Shown here piece after piece: positions 53,480-62,761 of a DNA stretch of 64,000 nucleotides (its first letter is position 1; the number at the start of each line of letters is the position of its first letter). The stretch is taken from assembly GCA_963705305.1 (NCBI GenBank), contig OY970067.1, forward strand, positions 3,072,001-3,136,000, read 5' to 3'. Made by a program: the position numbers and the translations under genes. The stretch is from an uncultured Methylomirabilota bacterium. GTDB taxonomy: Bacteria > Methylomirabilota > Methylomirabilia > Methylomirabilales > 2-02-FULL-66-22. The notes below the pieces were generated by a model that was not told where the DNA came from, made no database searches, and saw nothing but the letters and a program-made list of their open reading frames with translations.

Positions 53480-55147
53480 TTGAGCCAGCCTGAACCGTGG
53501 ATGCGGATCATTCCCTTGGGGGGACTAGGCGAGATCGGCATGAACATGACCCTCCTCGAGACCGAGAAGGATCTGCTGGTCATCGATGTCGGCCTCATGT
53601 TTCCCGAGGAGGAGATGCTGGGGATCGACCTCGTCCTCCCCGAAGTGACCTACCTCCTGGACCATCCGGACAAAGTCCGCGGCGTCGTCCTCACCCATGG
53701 CCACGAAGACCACTGCGGCGGCCTGCCGTACCTCTTGCCGCGGCTGTCCGTGCCTGTCTTCGGAACCCGCCTGGCGCTCGGCCTGGTGCAGGAGAAGCTG
53801 CGAGAGTTCGGCCTGGTCGGCACCGCCGATCTCCGGCCCGTGCAGGCGAAGGACGTCATCCAGCTCGGCGGCCTGGCGGTGGAATTCATCCGGGTCAGCC
53901 ACAGCATTCCGGACGGGGTTGCGGTCGCCGTCCAGACTCCAGCCGGCCTCCTCGTCCACACCGGCGACTTCAAGTTCGATCAGGCCCCGGTGGACGGTGA
54001 GCTGACGGACATCCAGCGCTTTACCGAGCTCGGCATCCAGGGCGTACAGGTGCTCCTCTCCGACAGCACCAACGCCACGCGACCGGGATTCACCCCCTCC
54101 GAGTCGGCCATCGGGCAGACCTTCGAGCAGGTCTTCCGGGAGGCTCCCCGCCGGATCATCGTGGCCTGTTTCGCCAGCAACATCCACCGCATCCAGCAGA
54201 TCCTGGATGTGGCTGCGCGCCTCGGAAAGAAGGTGGCGGTCAACGGCAAGAGCATGCTGGCCAATACCCGGATCGCCGCCGAGCTGGGGTACCTCCGGGT
54301 TCCTGCGGACACGCTCGTTCGGCTGGAAGAGCTGCAGCGACATCCCCCGAACCAGGGGGTGATCGTCACCACCGGCAGTCAGGGTGAGCCCCTATCCGCA
54401 GTGGCCCGCATGGCCGTGGGGGAGCACCGGCAGCTGGATATCCAGCCGGGGGATACGGTGATCTTCTCGGCCCGCGTGATCCCGGGCAACGAGCAGTCGA
54501 TCGCCCGCACCATCAATCAGCTCTTCAGGCGGGGGGCCCAGGTCATTACGGAGGACGTCATGCCGAACGTCCATGTCTCCGGGCATCCCAGCCGGGAGGA
54601 GCTGAAGCTGATGCTGAACCTCACCCGGCCGCGATTCTTCGTCCCGGTCCACGGCGAGCTCCGGCATCTGCACGCCCATGCCAGACTGGCCCGGGAGACG
54701 GGCGTGCCGGACGATCAGATCGTGCTCCTGGAGGACGGCGACGTGCTGGAGGTGACGCCGAGTCGCGCCGCCGTCGTGGGCAGCGTCCCGATCGGGCGCG
54801 TCCTGGTCGACGGCAAGGGGGTCGGGGTCGTCGGGGACACCATCCTGCGGGATCGGCAGCATCTGGCCCAGGATGGCATGGTGGTGGTCGTCCTCGGCTT
54901 TGACAAGACGGGCGCCGTGGTGGCCGGTCCGGACATCATCTCGCGGGGCGTGGGTCACCTGTCGGAGGACGATCCCCTGTGCGAGGAGGCCCGCCAGCTC
55001 ATCCTGACGGTCCTGGAGGGGTGCAGCGTCGAGGAGAAGACCGACTGGGCCCTCATCAAGCAGCGGATCCGATCGGTGCTCCGGAAGTTCCTGAAGAAGC
55101 TGGTGGACCGCCACCCCATGATTCTCCCCGTGATCATCGAATTGTAG
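53480..55147 (+). CDS. rnj: Ribonuclease J
   Basis: PLGGLGEIGMN, THGHEDH, HTGDFK, TGSQGEP, HVSGH, PVHGE. Confidence 0.95.
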   Translation: MSQPEPWMRIIPLGGLGEIGMNMTLLETEKDLLVIDVGLMFPEEEMLGIDLVLPEVTYLLDHPDKVRGVVLTHGHEDHCGGLPYLLPRLSVPVFGTRLALGLVQEKLREFGLVGTADLRPVQAKDVIQLGGLAVEFIRVSHSIPDGVAVAVQTPAGLLVHTGDFKFDQAPVDGELTDIQRFTELGIQGVQVLLSDSTNATRPGFTPSESAIGQTFEQVFREAPRRIIVACFASNIHRIQQILDVAARLGKKVAVNGKSMLANTRIAAELGYLRVPADTLVRLEELQRHPPNQGVIVTTGSQGEPLSAVARMAVGEHRQLDIQPGDTVIFSARVIPGNEQSIARTINQLFRRGAQVITEDVMPNVHVSGHPSREELKLMLNLTRPRFFVPVHGELRHLHAHARLARETGVPDDQIVLLEDGDVLEVTPSRAAVVGSVPIGRVLVDGKGVGVVGDTILRDRQHLAQDGMVVVVLGFDKTGAVVAGPDIISRGVGHLSEDDPLCEEARQLILTVLEGCSVEEKTDWALIKQRIRSVLRKFLKKLVDRHPMILPVIIEL

Positions 55148-55246
55148 GCACGGACGGGTCTCGCCGGCGGTTGAGCCGCCGGGGTGCGCGCGAAAGAAAG
55201 GGCTTGGCGATTGCCCGGCCGCACGTTATAAGGTGAGATCGTTGGG

Positions 55247-57523
55247 ATGCCTGCGGGAGGACCCGTGGCTGCGGATCTGAGCCGGCCGAGTGTGTGGATC
55301 AGGAGCCTGCTGGCCTTCTGGCGCCATGACAAGACGCGGGAGGGGGCGGGCGTCCTGGCCATGGCGGGGGCTGTGCTCGTTCTCGCCAGCCTGGCCACCT
55401 TCGACCCCCAGGATCCCTCCTTCTTCACCTTCGCCAGCGCCGATCGGCTGGTTCGCAACGCCGTCGGGCGCGTCGGGGCGGAGGTCGCGGGAGATCTCCT
55501 AGGCCTCCTGGGCGTCTCGGCCCTTCTCCTGCCGCCGGCCCTGTTCGTCTGGGGCTGGATCTCCATCGGGGGGCGGCGAATCACCCACGCCTGGCGCCGG
55601 GCCCTCGGGCTGGCCCTGATCGCCCCGTCGCTGAGCCTCCTGGCCAGCGTCCTGCACCACATGAATGTCATGCCGGGCGGACGAGTGGATCGACCGGGGG
55701 GATTCCTGGGCGATGAGGCTTTCCGCCTGCTGGCGTATTCCTTCGGGACATTCGGCATGGGGGTCCTGGCCGTGACGGGGATTGCCCTGGCGGTCATCTT
55801 TCTCTCGGAGCGCTCATTCGCTTCGCTGATGAGCTGGCCCTCGCTGGGCCTGGCCTGGCTCTCCGCCAAGGCGAAGGGGACCCTGGCGGCCTCCCGGGCC
55901 TGGTGGATTTCCCGCTCCGTGCCTCGGTCGGCGCCACCCCCGGTCCAAGGGGAGGCGACCCCGCCACCGCCGGCCGCAGCCGAGACTCCGGAGGCGGAAG
56001 AGGCCAGCTCCTCCCTGCGCCGGGAGTCCAAACCGCCCAAGTCGGCCAAGGCACACCAGCAGACGTTTCCCTTTGCGGCGTCCAAGGAGGGCTACGTGCG
56101 GCCTTCCCTGAAGCTCCTGGACGTGCCCCCGAGCGAGGCGGCGGGGTCGAGTCCAGAAGAGATGGCGCAGAACTCGCGCCTGCTGGAGAAGAAGCTCCAG
56201 GAATTCGGGGTGGAGGGCCGGGTCACGGCGGTGAATCCCGGCCCCGTGATCACCAGTTACGAGCTGGAGCCGGGCCCCGGCATCAAGATCAACCGGATCG
56301 TGGCGCTGGCAGACGATCTGGCGCTGGGCCTGAAGGCGATGAGCGTCCGCGTGGTGGCGCCGATCCCGGGCAAGGCGGCGGTGGGCGTCGAGATTCCCAA
56401 CCAGCACCGGGCCACCGTCTACCTACGGGAGGTGCTGGCGGGCAAGGAGTTTGCCGCCGAGGGCCTGCAGCTACCGCTGGCGTTGGGGAAGGACATTGGG
56501 GGGGGGCCGGTGGTGGCGGACCTGGCGCAGATGCCCCACCTGTTGATCGCCGGGGAGACCGGATCGGGGAAGAGCGTCTGCATCAGCTCGCTCATCCTCA
56601 GCCTAGTCTTCCGATCCAAGCCGAAGGAGATCCGCCTGCTGCTCATCGACCCCAAGCGCGTCGAGCTCTCTGCCTACAACGGCATCCCGCAGCTGGCCGA
56701 CAAGGTCGTGGTCGACTCCAAGGAGGCCGCCCGGCGGCTGCAGCGGGTCGTCCTGCACATGGAGGAGCGATACAAGCTGTTTGCCCAAGTCGGGGCGCGC
56801 AACCTCCAGAGCTACAATCGGCGCATGGCGCTGGACCCGCCCAAAGAGGACGAGTTGACCCAGGGCTCCCACCGCGGGCAGCTCCCCATGCTGGTCGTGG
56901 TGATCGACGAGCTGGCCGACCTAATGATAACCGGGCAGAGCGACGTGGAGAACGCCATCATGCGGCTGGCCCAGATGGCTCGGGCGGTCGGCATCCACTT
57001 GATCGTGGCAACCCAGCGGCCCTCGGTGGATGTGCTCACGGGTGTCATCAAGGCCAACTTTCCCGCCCGGATCTCGTTCCGGGTGGCCACCAAAGTCGAT
57101 TCCCGGACTATTCTGGACATGAACGGGGCGGAGGCCCTGCTGGGCAAGGGGGACATGCTGTTCGTGCCCCCCGGCAGCTCGAAGCCCATCCGGATCCACG
57201 GCTGCAACGTGACCGAGGTGGAGATCCGGCGCGTGGTGGAATTCCTGGCGGCGCAGCCCCGGCCGGAGGAGTTCGTCTGGGGGCTGCTCCCGCCAGAGCC
57301 GGAAGCCTCGCCGGACGAGGAGGCAACGGACGAGCTGTACCGGCAGGCCGTGGAGATGGTGGTCCAAACCCAACAGGCGTCCATCTCAATGATCCAGCGT
57401 CGCCTGCGGGTGGGGTTCAATCGCGCCGCCCGCATGATCGAGCGAATGGAGCAGGAGGGCATTGTCAGTCCGATGGACGGGACCAGGCCCCGCGAGGTCC
57501 TGGTGTCCCGCACGGAGTCCTGA
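55247..57523 (+). CDS. ftsK: DNA translocase FtsK
   Basis: N-terminal TM domain, PHLLIAGETGSGKS, IDELADLM, ATQRPS, gamma domain SISMIQRRLRVGFNRAAR. Confidence 0.95.
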   Translation: MPAGGPVAADLSRPSVWIRSLLAFWRHDKTREGAGVLAMAGAVLVLASLATFDPQDPSFFTFASADRLVRNAVGRVGAEVAGDLLGLLGVSALLLPPALFVWGWISIGGRRITHAWRRALGLALIAPSLSLLASVLHHMNVMPGGRVDRPGGFLGDEAFRLLAYSFGTFGMGVLAVTGIALAVIFLSERSFASLMSWPSLGLAWLSAKAKGTLAASRAWWISRSVPRSAPPPVQGEATPPPPAAAETPEAEEASSSLRRESKPPKSAKAHQQTFPFAASKEGYVRPSLKLLDVPPSEAAGSSPEEMAQNSRLLEKKLQEFGVEGRVTAVNPGPVITSYELEPGPGIKINRIVALADDLALGLKAMSVRVVAPIPGKAAVGVEIPNQHRATVYLREVLAGKEFAAEGLQLPLALGKDIGGGPVVADLAQMPHLLIAGETGSGKSVCISSLILSLVFRSKPKEIRLLLIDPKRVELSAYNGIPQLADKVVVDSKEAARRLQRVVLHMEERYKLFAQVGARNLQSYNRRMALDPPKEDELTQGSHRGQLPMLVVVIDELADLMITGQSDVENAIMRLAQMARAVGIHLIVATQRPSVDVLTGVIKANFPARISFRVATKVDSRTILDMNGAEALLGKGDMLFVPPGSSKPIRIHGCNVTEVEIRRVVEFLAAQPRPEEFVWGLLPPEPEASPDEEATDELYRQAVEMVVQTQQASISMIQRRLRVGFNRAARMIERMEQEGIVSPMDGTRPREVLVSRTES

Positions 57524-57524
57524 C

Positions 57525-58226
57525 GTGGCGTTTCGCAATGTCGTGGCGGGCGTGGCGGGGCTCGCAGTCGGCCTGGCCCTGTGTGCGGGGGGGGTCGGGC
57601 ACGCCGCGGGCGCCGAGACCGCCCCTCCTCTCGAGCAGGTGGTCACGCGCGTGCAGGAGACGTGCGCGCGGACCCGGGATCTCAGCGCCCATTTCCAGCA
57701 GACCGCCACGAACCGGGCGCTCGGGCAGGTCCAGGAGGCCAGCGGCCGCTTCCTCCTGAAGCGGCCCGGCAAGATGCGGTGGGAGTACGAGAAGCCGGAC
57801 CCCCGTCTGTTCGTCACCGACGGGAAGACCCTGTGGGCCTACAGCCCCAGGGACAAGCAGGTCGTCAGGCAGACCCTGGGCGAGGCGCTGCCCTCGCGGA
57901 TTCCCCTGTCGTTTCTGGCCGGGGACTGCGACCTGCGCCGGGATTTCCGCATCGGCGAGGTCGAGAACGCAGCCACCCGTTCGGCCGCGGCCTCCAGCAT
58001 GATCCTGGATCTGACGCCCAAGCGCCCGGAGGGCGGGATCGCCCGCATCTTGCTGGAGGTGAATCTGGCAACGTATACCGTCGCGCGGACGACGCTGTTC
58101 GACGCCTACGGCAACACTACGGTGATCGCCCTGACGGATCTCAAGTTAAATCCGGGGGTGCCCGAATCGGAGTTCGAGTTCACGCCGCCGCCGGGCGTGG
58201 CCGTGACCGCCCCCCCGGGGCAATAG
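57525..58226 (+). CDS. lolA: Outer-membrane lipoprotein carrier LolA
   Basis: Signal peptide, A.FQQ, KRPGKMRWEY, DGKTLW.Y, F.FTPP.GV; follows ftsK. Confidence 0.88.
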   Translation: MAFRNVVAGVAGLAVGLALCAGGVGHAAGAETAPPLEQVVTRVQETCARTRDLSAHFQQTATNRALGQVQEASGRFLLKRPGKMRWEYEKPDPRLFVTDGKTLWAYSPRDKQVVRQTLGEALPSRIPLSFLAGDCDLRRDFRIGEVENAATRSAAASSMILDLTPKRPEGGIARILLEVNLATYTVARTTLFDAYGNTTVIALTDLKLNPGVPESEFEFTPPPGVAVTAPPGQ

Positions 58227-58280
58227 CCGAGGGTCCGGCCGCCAGCGCTTGCCCGGCCCGGCGCAGTTGGCAGGGAGGCC

Positions 58281-58775
58281 ATGAGCAAGGAGTGTTCGTT
58301 CGACATCGTCTCCAAGATCGAGCTGCAGGAGGTCGACAACGCGATCAACCAGACGGCCCGCGAGATCGGCCAGCGTTTCGACTTCAAAGGCAGTCACGCC
58401 GCGGTGACGCGGGAGGAGTATGCCCTGGTGCTCACCGCCGAGGACGAGTTCAAGCTGAAACAGATGCTGGACATCCTGGAGTCCAAGTTGGTTAAGCGCC
58501 AGGTGCCGCTGAAGGCGCTCAGCCGGGAAAAGGTCGAGCCCGCCGCGGGCGGCCGGGTGCGCCAGCAGATCCGGATCCAGCAGGGGATTCCGACGGAGAA
58601 GGCGCGCGAGATCGCCAAGCTCATCAAGGGGACGAAGCGCAGGGTTCAGGCGCAGATCCAGGATGACCAGGTCCGAGTGTTCGGGCGGGACAAGGACGAG
58701 CTGCAGGCCGTGATCCAGCACCTGCGCGAGCAGGAGCTGGGCATTCACATGCAGTTCGTCAACTTCCGGTCCTGA
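58281..58775 (+). CDS. yajQ: YajQ family nucleotide/c-di-GMP-binding protein
   Basis: SFDIVSK, EVDNA, RFDFKGS, DELQAVI, QFVNFR. Confidence 0.93.
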   Translation: MSKECSFDIVSKIELQEVDNAINQTAREIGQRFDFKGSHAAVTREEYALVLTAEDEFKLKQMLDILESKLVKRQVPLKALSREKVEPAAGGRVRQQIRIQQGIPTEKAREIAKLIKGTKRRVQAQIQDDQVRVFGRDKDELQAVIQHLREQELGIHMQFVNFRS

Positions 58776-58833
58776 GGCGATAGCCGCCCGTGCAGCCCCC
58801 GCCTCGGGAGGGGCGGCGGGGACGGAGGCTGGG

Positions 58834-60372
58834 ATGTCCAAGCACGTGTTGGTCGTGGACAACGACCGGTTCTGCGTGGAGGTCCTGGCCGACTTTCTGG
58901 CCGAGTCGGGCCACACGGTCAGCAGGGCTTTCGACGGCATGGAGGCGATCGAGGCGCTGCAACGGCAGCGGCCGGACGTGGTCCTCCTCGATATGGTCAT
59001 GCCCAAGATCGATGGGGACCAGGTCCTGCGCTACATCCGGGAAAATCCCGAGACCTGTGACATCCGGGTGGTCATCGTCTCGGGAACGCTGGTCGAGGAG
59101 AACCGGGAACGGCTCCTGGCCATGGGGGCCGACGGCTACGTGGCCAAGGGGCGGCTGGAAGATCTGCGGCGCAACGTCCAGGCGGTCCTCGAGCGGCTGG
59201 ACCGCGACGGCGCGAGGGCGCGGCGGGAGGTGCTGGGACTCGAGAAGCTGGTTCCCCGCGAGAAGGTGCGGGAGCTCCTGGCCACGCGCCGGTACAAGGC
59301 AGCCATCCTCCGTACCATCGGGGAGGGCGTGGTGGAGGTTGACGAGCAGGGCCGAATCCTGGCAATCAACCGGGCGGGGGTGGAGATCCTGGGGCAGTCC
59401 GAGGGGCAGTTGATCGGCAAGCCGCTCACCACCTTGCTGGGTGACGCGCATCGGACCACGCTGGAGAACATTCTGGCCCGCTCCATGGCCGACACCGGCG
59501 CGGCGGATACCGCAACGGTTCGCTACCGGGACCGGACGCTGCGAATCAACCTGGCCCGGGTGGCGCCGGAGGATCCTGCCAGCGGCCTCTTCCTTATCTT
59601 GCACGACATCACGGATCTGGCCGAGAAAATCGAAGAGCTTTCCACCCTCAACGCCCGCCTGCAGGCCATGGACGGGATGCGCTCCGAGCTCCTGACCATG
59701 GTCTCCCACGACCTCCACACGCCCTTGACGGCCATCAAGGGCTCGCTGGAGGTTCTGCTGCACGAGGGGGTCGGCGTCGAGCTGGGGCGGGAGCTTCTGG
59801 GCATTGCCCAACAGAACGCCGACCGGCTCTTTCGGATGGTCAGCGATATCCTGGATCTGGCCCGGATCGAGGCCGGGCGGTTCTCCCGGCCGAGAGAGCC
59901 GTTCGACGTGGTGGTGTCCCTCCGGGGCACCATCGATCGGCTCCAGCGGATGGGGGCGGACAAGGGGATTACGTTCAGCCTCACGGCGCCGCAGCAGGTT
60001 CCCTTGGTCCTGGCCGATGGCTTCCGGATGGAGCAGGTCTTCACCAACCTCATGGGGAACGCGTTGAAGTTCACGCCCCGCGGCGGCCAGATCCGGGTCG
60101 TGGTCGAGGAGCTGGAGGGCGACATTCTAGTGGAGGTGCAGGACACCGGGGTGGGCATTCCGGCCGAGCACCTGGAGCGGATCTTCGATCGGTTCTACCG
60201 CGTTCCCTTGCCGGCCGGGGCGGCGGTGGACGGGACCGGTCTGGGCTTGACGATCTGCAAGGCGGTGGTCGAGGATCACGGGGGCCGCATCTGGGTGGAG
60301 AGCAAGGTCGGCCAGGGGACGACGTTCTTCGTGACGATTCCCAAGCAGGCGCCCGCCCCGACGCGGTCCTAG
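58834..60372 (+). CDS. REC-PAS-HisKA-HATPase histidine kinase
   Basis: LLDMVMP, SHDLHTPL, NALKFT, FDRFYRV, GTGLGL. Confidence 0.9.
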   Translation: MSKHVLVVDNDRFCVEVLADFLAESGHTVSRAFDGMEAIEALQRQRPDVVLLDMVMPKIDGDQVLRYIRENPETCDIRVVIVSGTLVEENRERLLAMGADGYVAKGRLEDLRRNVQAVLERLDRDGARARREVLGLEKLVPREKVRELLATRRYKAAILRTIGEGVVEVDEQGRILAINRAGVEILGQSEGQLIGKPLTTLLGDAHRTTLENILARSMADTGAADTATVRYRDRTLRINLARVAPEDPASGLFLILHDITDLAEKIEELSTLNARLQAMDGMRSELLTMVSHDLHTPLTAIKGSLEVLLHEGVGVELGRELLGIAQQNADRLFRMVSDILDLARIEAGRFSRPREPFDVVVSLRGTIDRLQRMGADKGITFSLTAPQQVPLVLADGFRMEQVFTNLMGNALKFTPRGGQIRVVVEELEGDILVEVQDTGVGIPAEHLERIFDRFYRVPLPAGAAVDGTGLGLTICKAVVEDHGGRIWVESKVGQGTTFFVTIPKQAPAPTRS

Positions 60373-60586
60373 CAGGCTGCTGAAAAAGCCCCATCTGCCG
60401 GGTACCCATCTGATGGGTGCCCAGCCTGCGGCCAGGTACCCGCGCGCTCGCGTAGCGCTGCAGCGTACGAGCGAAGTAGGCCTCGCGCCTTGCCGTTCGA
60501 CAGGCCCACGGCCCCGAGCGACGTCGAGGGGCATCTGGACCTTTTTGAGCAGCCTGGGCGAATACGGGCATTTCAGCATCCTGGTA
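60370..60586 (+). mobile_element. MITE-like element, copy 3 (with nested repeats)
   Basis: TAGCAGGCTGCTGAAAAAG ... TTTCAGCATCCTGGTA; starts at the kinase TAG. Confidence 0.85.
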
Positions 60587-60627
60587 GGCTCCGGGTAACG
60601 CGACCGGCCGGGCTCCCGGCAGGGACC

Positions 60628-61137
60628 TCACCAGCCGTTCCGGTGGATCCGTGATGCATCGTAGCGGGCTGCCGGAGGAACTCGCTCGGCCGGGCGGCCC
60701 AGCGGGACCAGCGCCAGGGGGACAACCTCTGGCGGCAGCCGCAGCAGCCGCTGCATCCGCGCGACGCGCTCTTCCCCGGGATAGATTCCCACCCAGACGG
60801 CCCCCAAACCCTCCGCATGCGCGGCCAGCAAGAGGTTTTGCGTGGCGGCGGCGCAGTCCTGAGCCCAGTAGCCTTCGTACCGCTCCAGCCGGCGATCTCC
60901 ACAGACCAGCACGGCCACGGGCGCATGCCGCAGCATGTCCGCGTACGGGTGGAAGGCAGGGATGGCGTCGAGCAGCTTCCGATCGGTGATGATGACGAAC
61001 TGCCAGGGCTGCTCATTGCCTGCGGACGGGGCGCTCATCGCCGCTTCCAGGAGCTTCCGGATTATTTGATCGGGGACCGGCTCCGGGGCATACTGCCGGA
61101 TACTGCGGCGGGTGAGAAGAGCCTCCATGGCATCCAT
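60628..61137 (-). CDS. Nitroreductase family protein
   Basis: RRSIRQY, APSAGNEQPW, DCAAATQNLLLAA..GLG.VW. Confidence 0.92.
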   Translation of the reverse strand: MDAMEALLTRRSIRQYAPEPVPDQIIRKLLEAAMSAPSAGNEQPWQFVIITDRKLLDAIPAFHPYADMLRHAPVAVLVCGDRRLERYEGYWAQDCAAATQNLLLAAHAEGLGAVWVGIYPGEERVARMQRLLRLPPEVVPLALVPLGRPAERVPPAARYDASRIHRNGW

Positions 61138-61239
61138 GCGTCCCTCCTGCCACTGCCGGTGAGTCGCCGGCGGGATGAAGCGAGATCGGCCGTTGCTCCG
61201 GGCCCCCGCCCTGCGCCGCCGCCGGCCGGGCGGACGGCC

Positions 61240-62262
61240 TCACAGCCGGATGGGGTACCGGCCGAACTCCTCCACGGCCTGCGACAGGGCCCGCACGTTG
61301 TCCGGCAGGAGGTATCCCGCCAGGCTGTTCCCGCTGGTGACGATGTAGCCGCCGCCGGGGGCGATGTCGCGAATCAACTCCCGCACCTCCTGTCGCACCA
61401 ACTCCGGCTCCCCCATGCCCAAGAGGTTCAGGTCCACATTCCCCAGGAGGCAGAGCCGCCTGCCGTAGGCTCGCTTCATGGCCCGGATGTCCATGGCGCC
61501 CTTTTCGTTGGGATGCAGGCCGGCAATCCCGATGCCGAGGAGGTCGTCCACGAAGGGGAGCACGTTGCCGTCGCTGTGGATGACCCACGGCAGGGAGATT
61601 TTCCGGGCCACGCGTCGATACCGGGGGAGCACCAGGTCGCGAAACACCCCGGGCGAGAAAAAGGGAGCCGTGTTGAAGGCCATATCGTCGGTGGAGACGA
61701 AAACGTCAAATCCGAGCCGGCACACGCGCTCCGCGACGGTTTCGATCCAGTCGCAGTACCGGTCCAGCACCGTCTCGATAAACGTCCGATTGTCGAAGAG
61801 GGCCAGGCAGAAGGTCTCCGTCCCCAGGCTGAGCATCGTGGGGAAAATGCCGATGCGCGTGACAAACCAGGCGGCGTAGCTCTCCTTCTGCCGCGCGAAT
61901 GTCTCGGCCTCGGCGTAGAGGGCGTCGTCGTGCGGATCGGGGAGGACCAGGGCGACTAGGTCGGCCTCGGTCTTAATCAGCCCTTCTCCGTAGAAAAGTC
62001 GGCCGTCCCGGCCGGCGTCCTTCCGGGCGAAGACGGGGGCCCTGAGAACATAACAAATATTGTCCATCTTGAGAGCCGCGGCCAGCGCCTTGGCCTCGTC
62101 CACCGTGTAGGCGTTCCCTTCCAGGTTGGCAGCCTGGCTCGTCGGCGCCCCCCATCCCAGCAGTCGCTCTGCCAGGCTGCGATCCACCCCCAGCTCGCAG
62201 TACGGGACGCGATCCGGCTCCTTCCGCTGCAGCGCCGCCAGCACTCTTTCGCGCGAGGTCAT
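61240..62262 (-). CDS. Uroporphyrinogen decarboxylase / MtaA-like TIM-barrel family protein
   Basis: MTSRERV..AL..EPDRVP, DD.A, HSDGN, GNVD, GGGYI. Confidence 0.85.
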   Translation of the reverse strand: MTSRERVLAALQRKEPDRVPYCELGVDRSLAERLLGWGAPTSQAANLEGNAYTVDEAKALAAALKMDNICYVLRAPVFARKDAGRDGRLFYGEGLIKTEADLVALVLPDPHDDALYAEAETFARQKESYAAWFVTRIGIFPTMLSLGTETFCLALFDNRTFIETVLDRYCDWIETVAERVCRLGFDVFVSTDDMAFNTAPFFSPGVFRDLVLPRYRRVARKISLPWVIHSDGNVLPFVDDLLGIGIAGLHPNEKGAMDIRAMKRAYGRRLCLLGNVDLNLLGMGEPELVRQEVRELIRDIAPGGGYIVTSGNSLAGYLLPDNVRALSQAVEEFGRYPIRL

Positions 62263-62761
62263 TGTCTGCACGCCTCCTCTTCTGTTTCCCGAGCATCCCG
62301 GATGGGGGCGGGTGGCTGCCCCATCGGAGTCGGAGCTCCGCGGGGACGTTCCAGATGAAATCCTTCGGGCTGCTAGCAGGCGCAGCATACGGCTGTCCTG
62401 CTGGACGCGCCAATGGCCCCGGGCAGCCCAGCTGAATGAGGCTGACGCTATCCAAAGCTCTTCAGTCTGTCAAGAGGTCAGGTCGTAAAGGTCGTGAGAG
62501 GGGTTTCGGCCAAACCTCGAGAGGAGACCGGATAGAAAGCCCTAGAGGGCAAACGGTCGGCGTGCGGGCCCCGGTCTTGATACGGGGGAGCCACCGCGCG
62601 CCTCACACCATTTTTTTATTGCGCATTTCATATGTTGTACGCTATTGATTCAGTGTATCTTGAAGGACCTCCGGCACTCCGGTGCGTCGTCGCCGGCCGC
62701 CTCCACAGGAGGCAGGCAGCGGGCGGCCCGTATCGGAGCAGCCGGAGGCAGAGGAGAGGGC

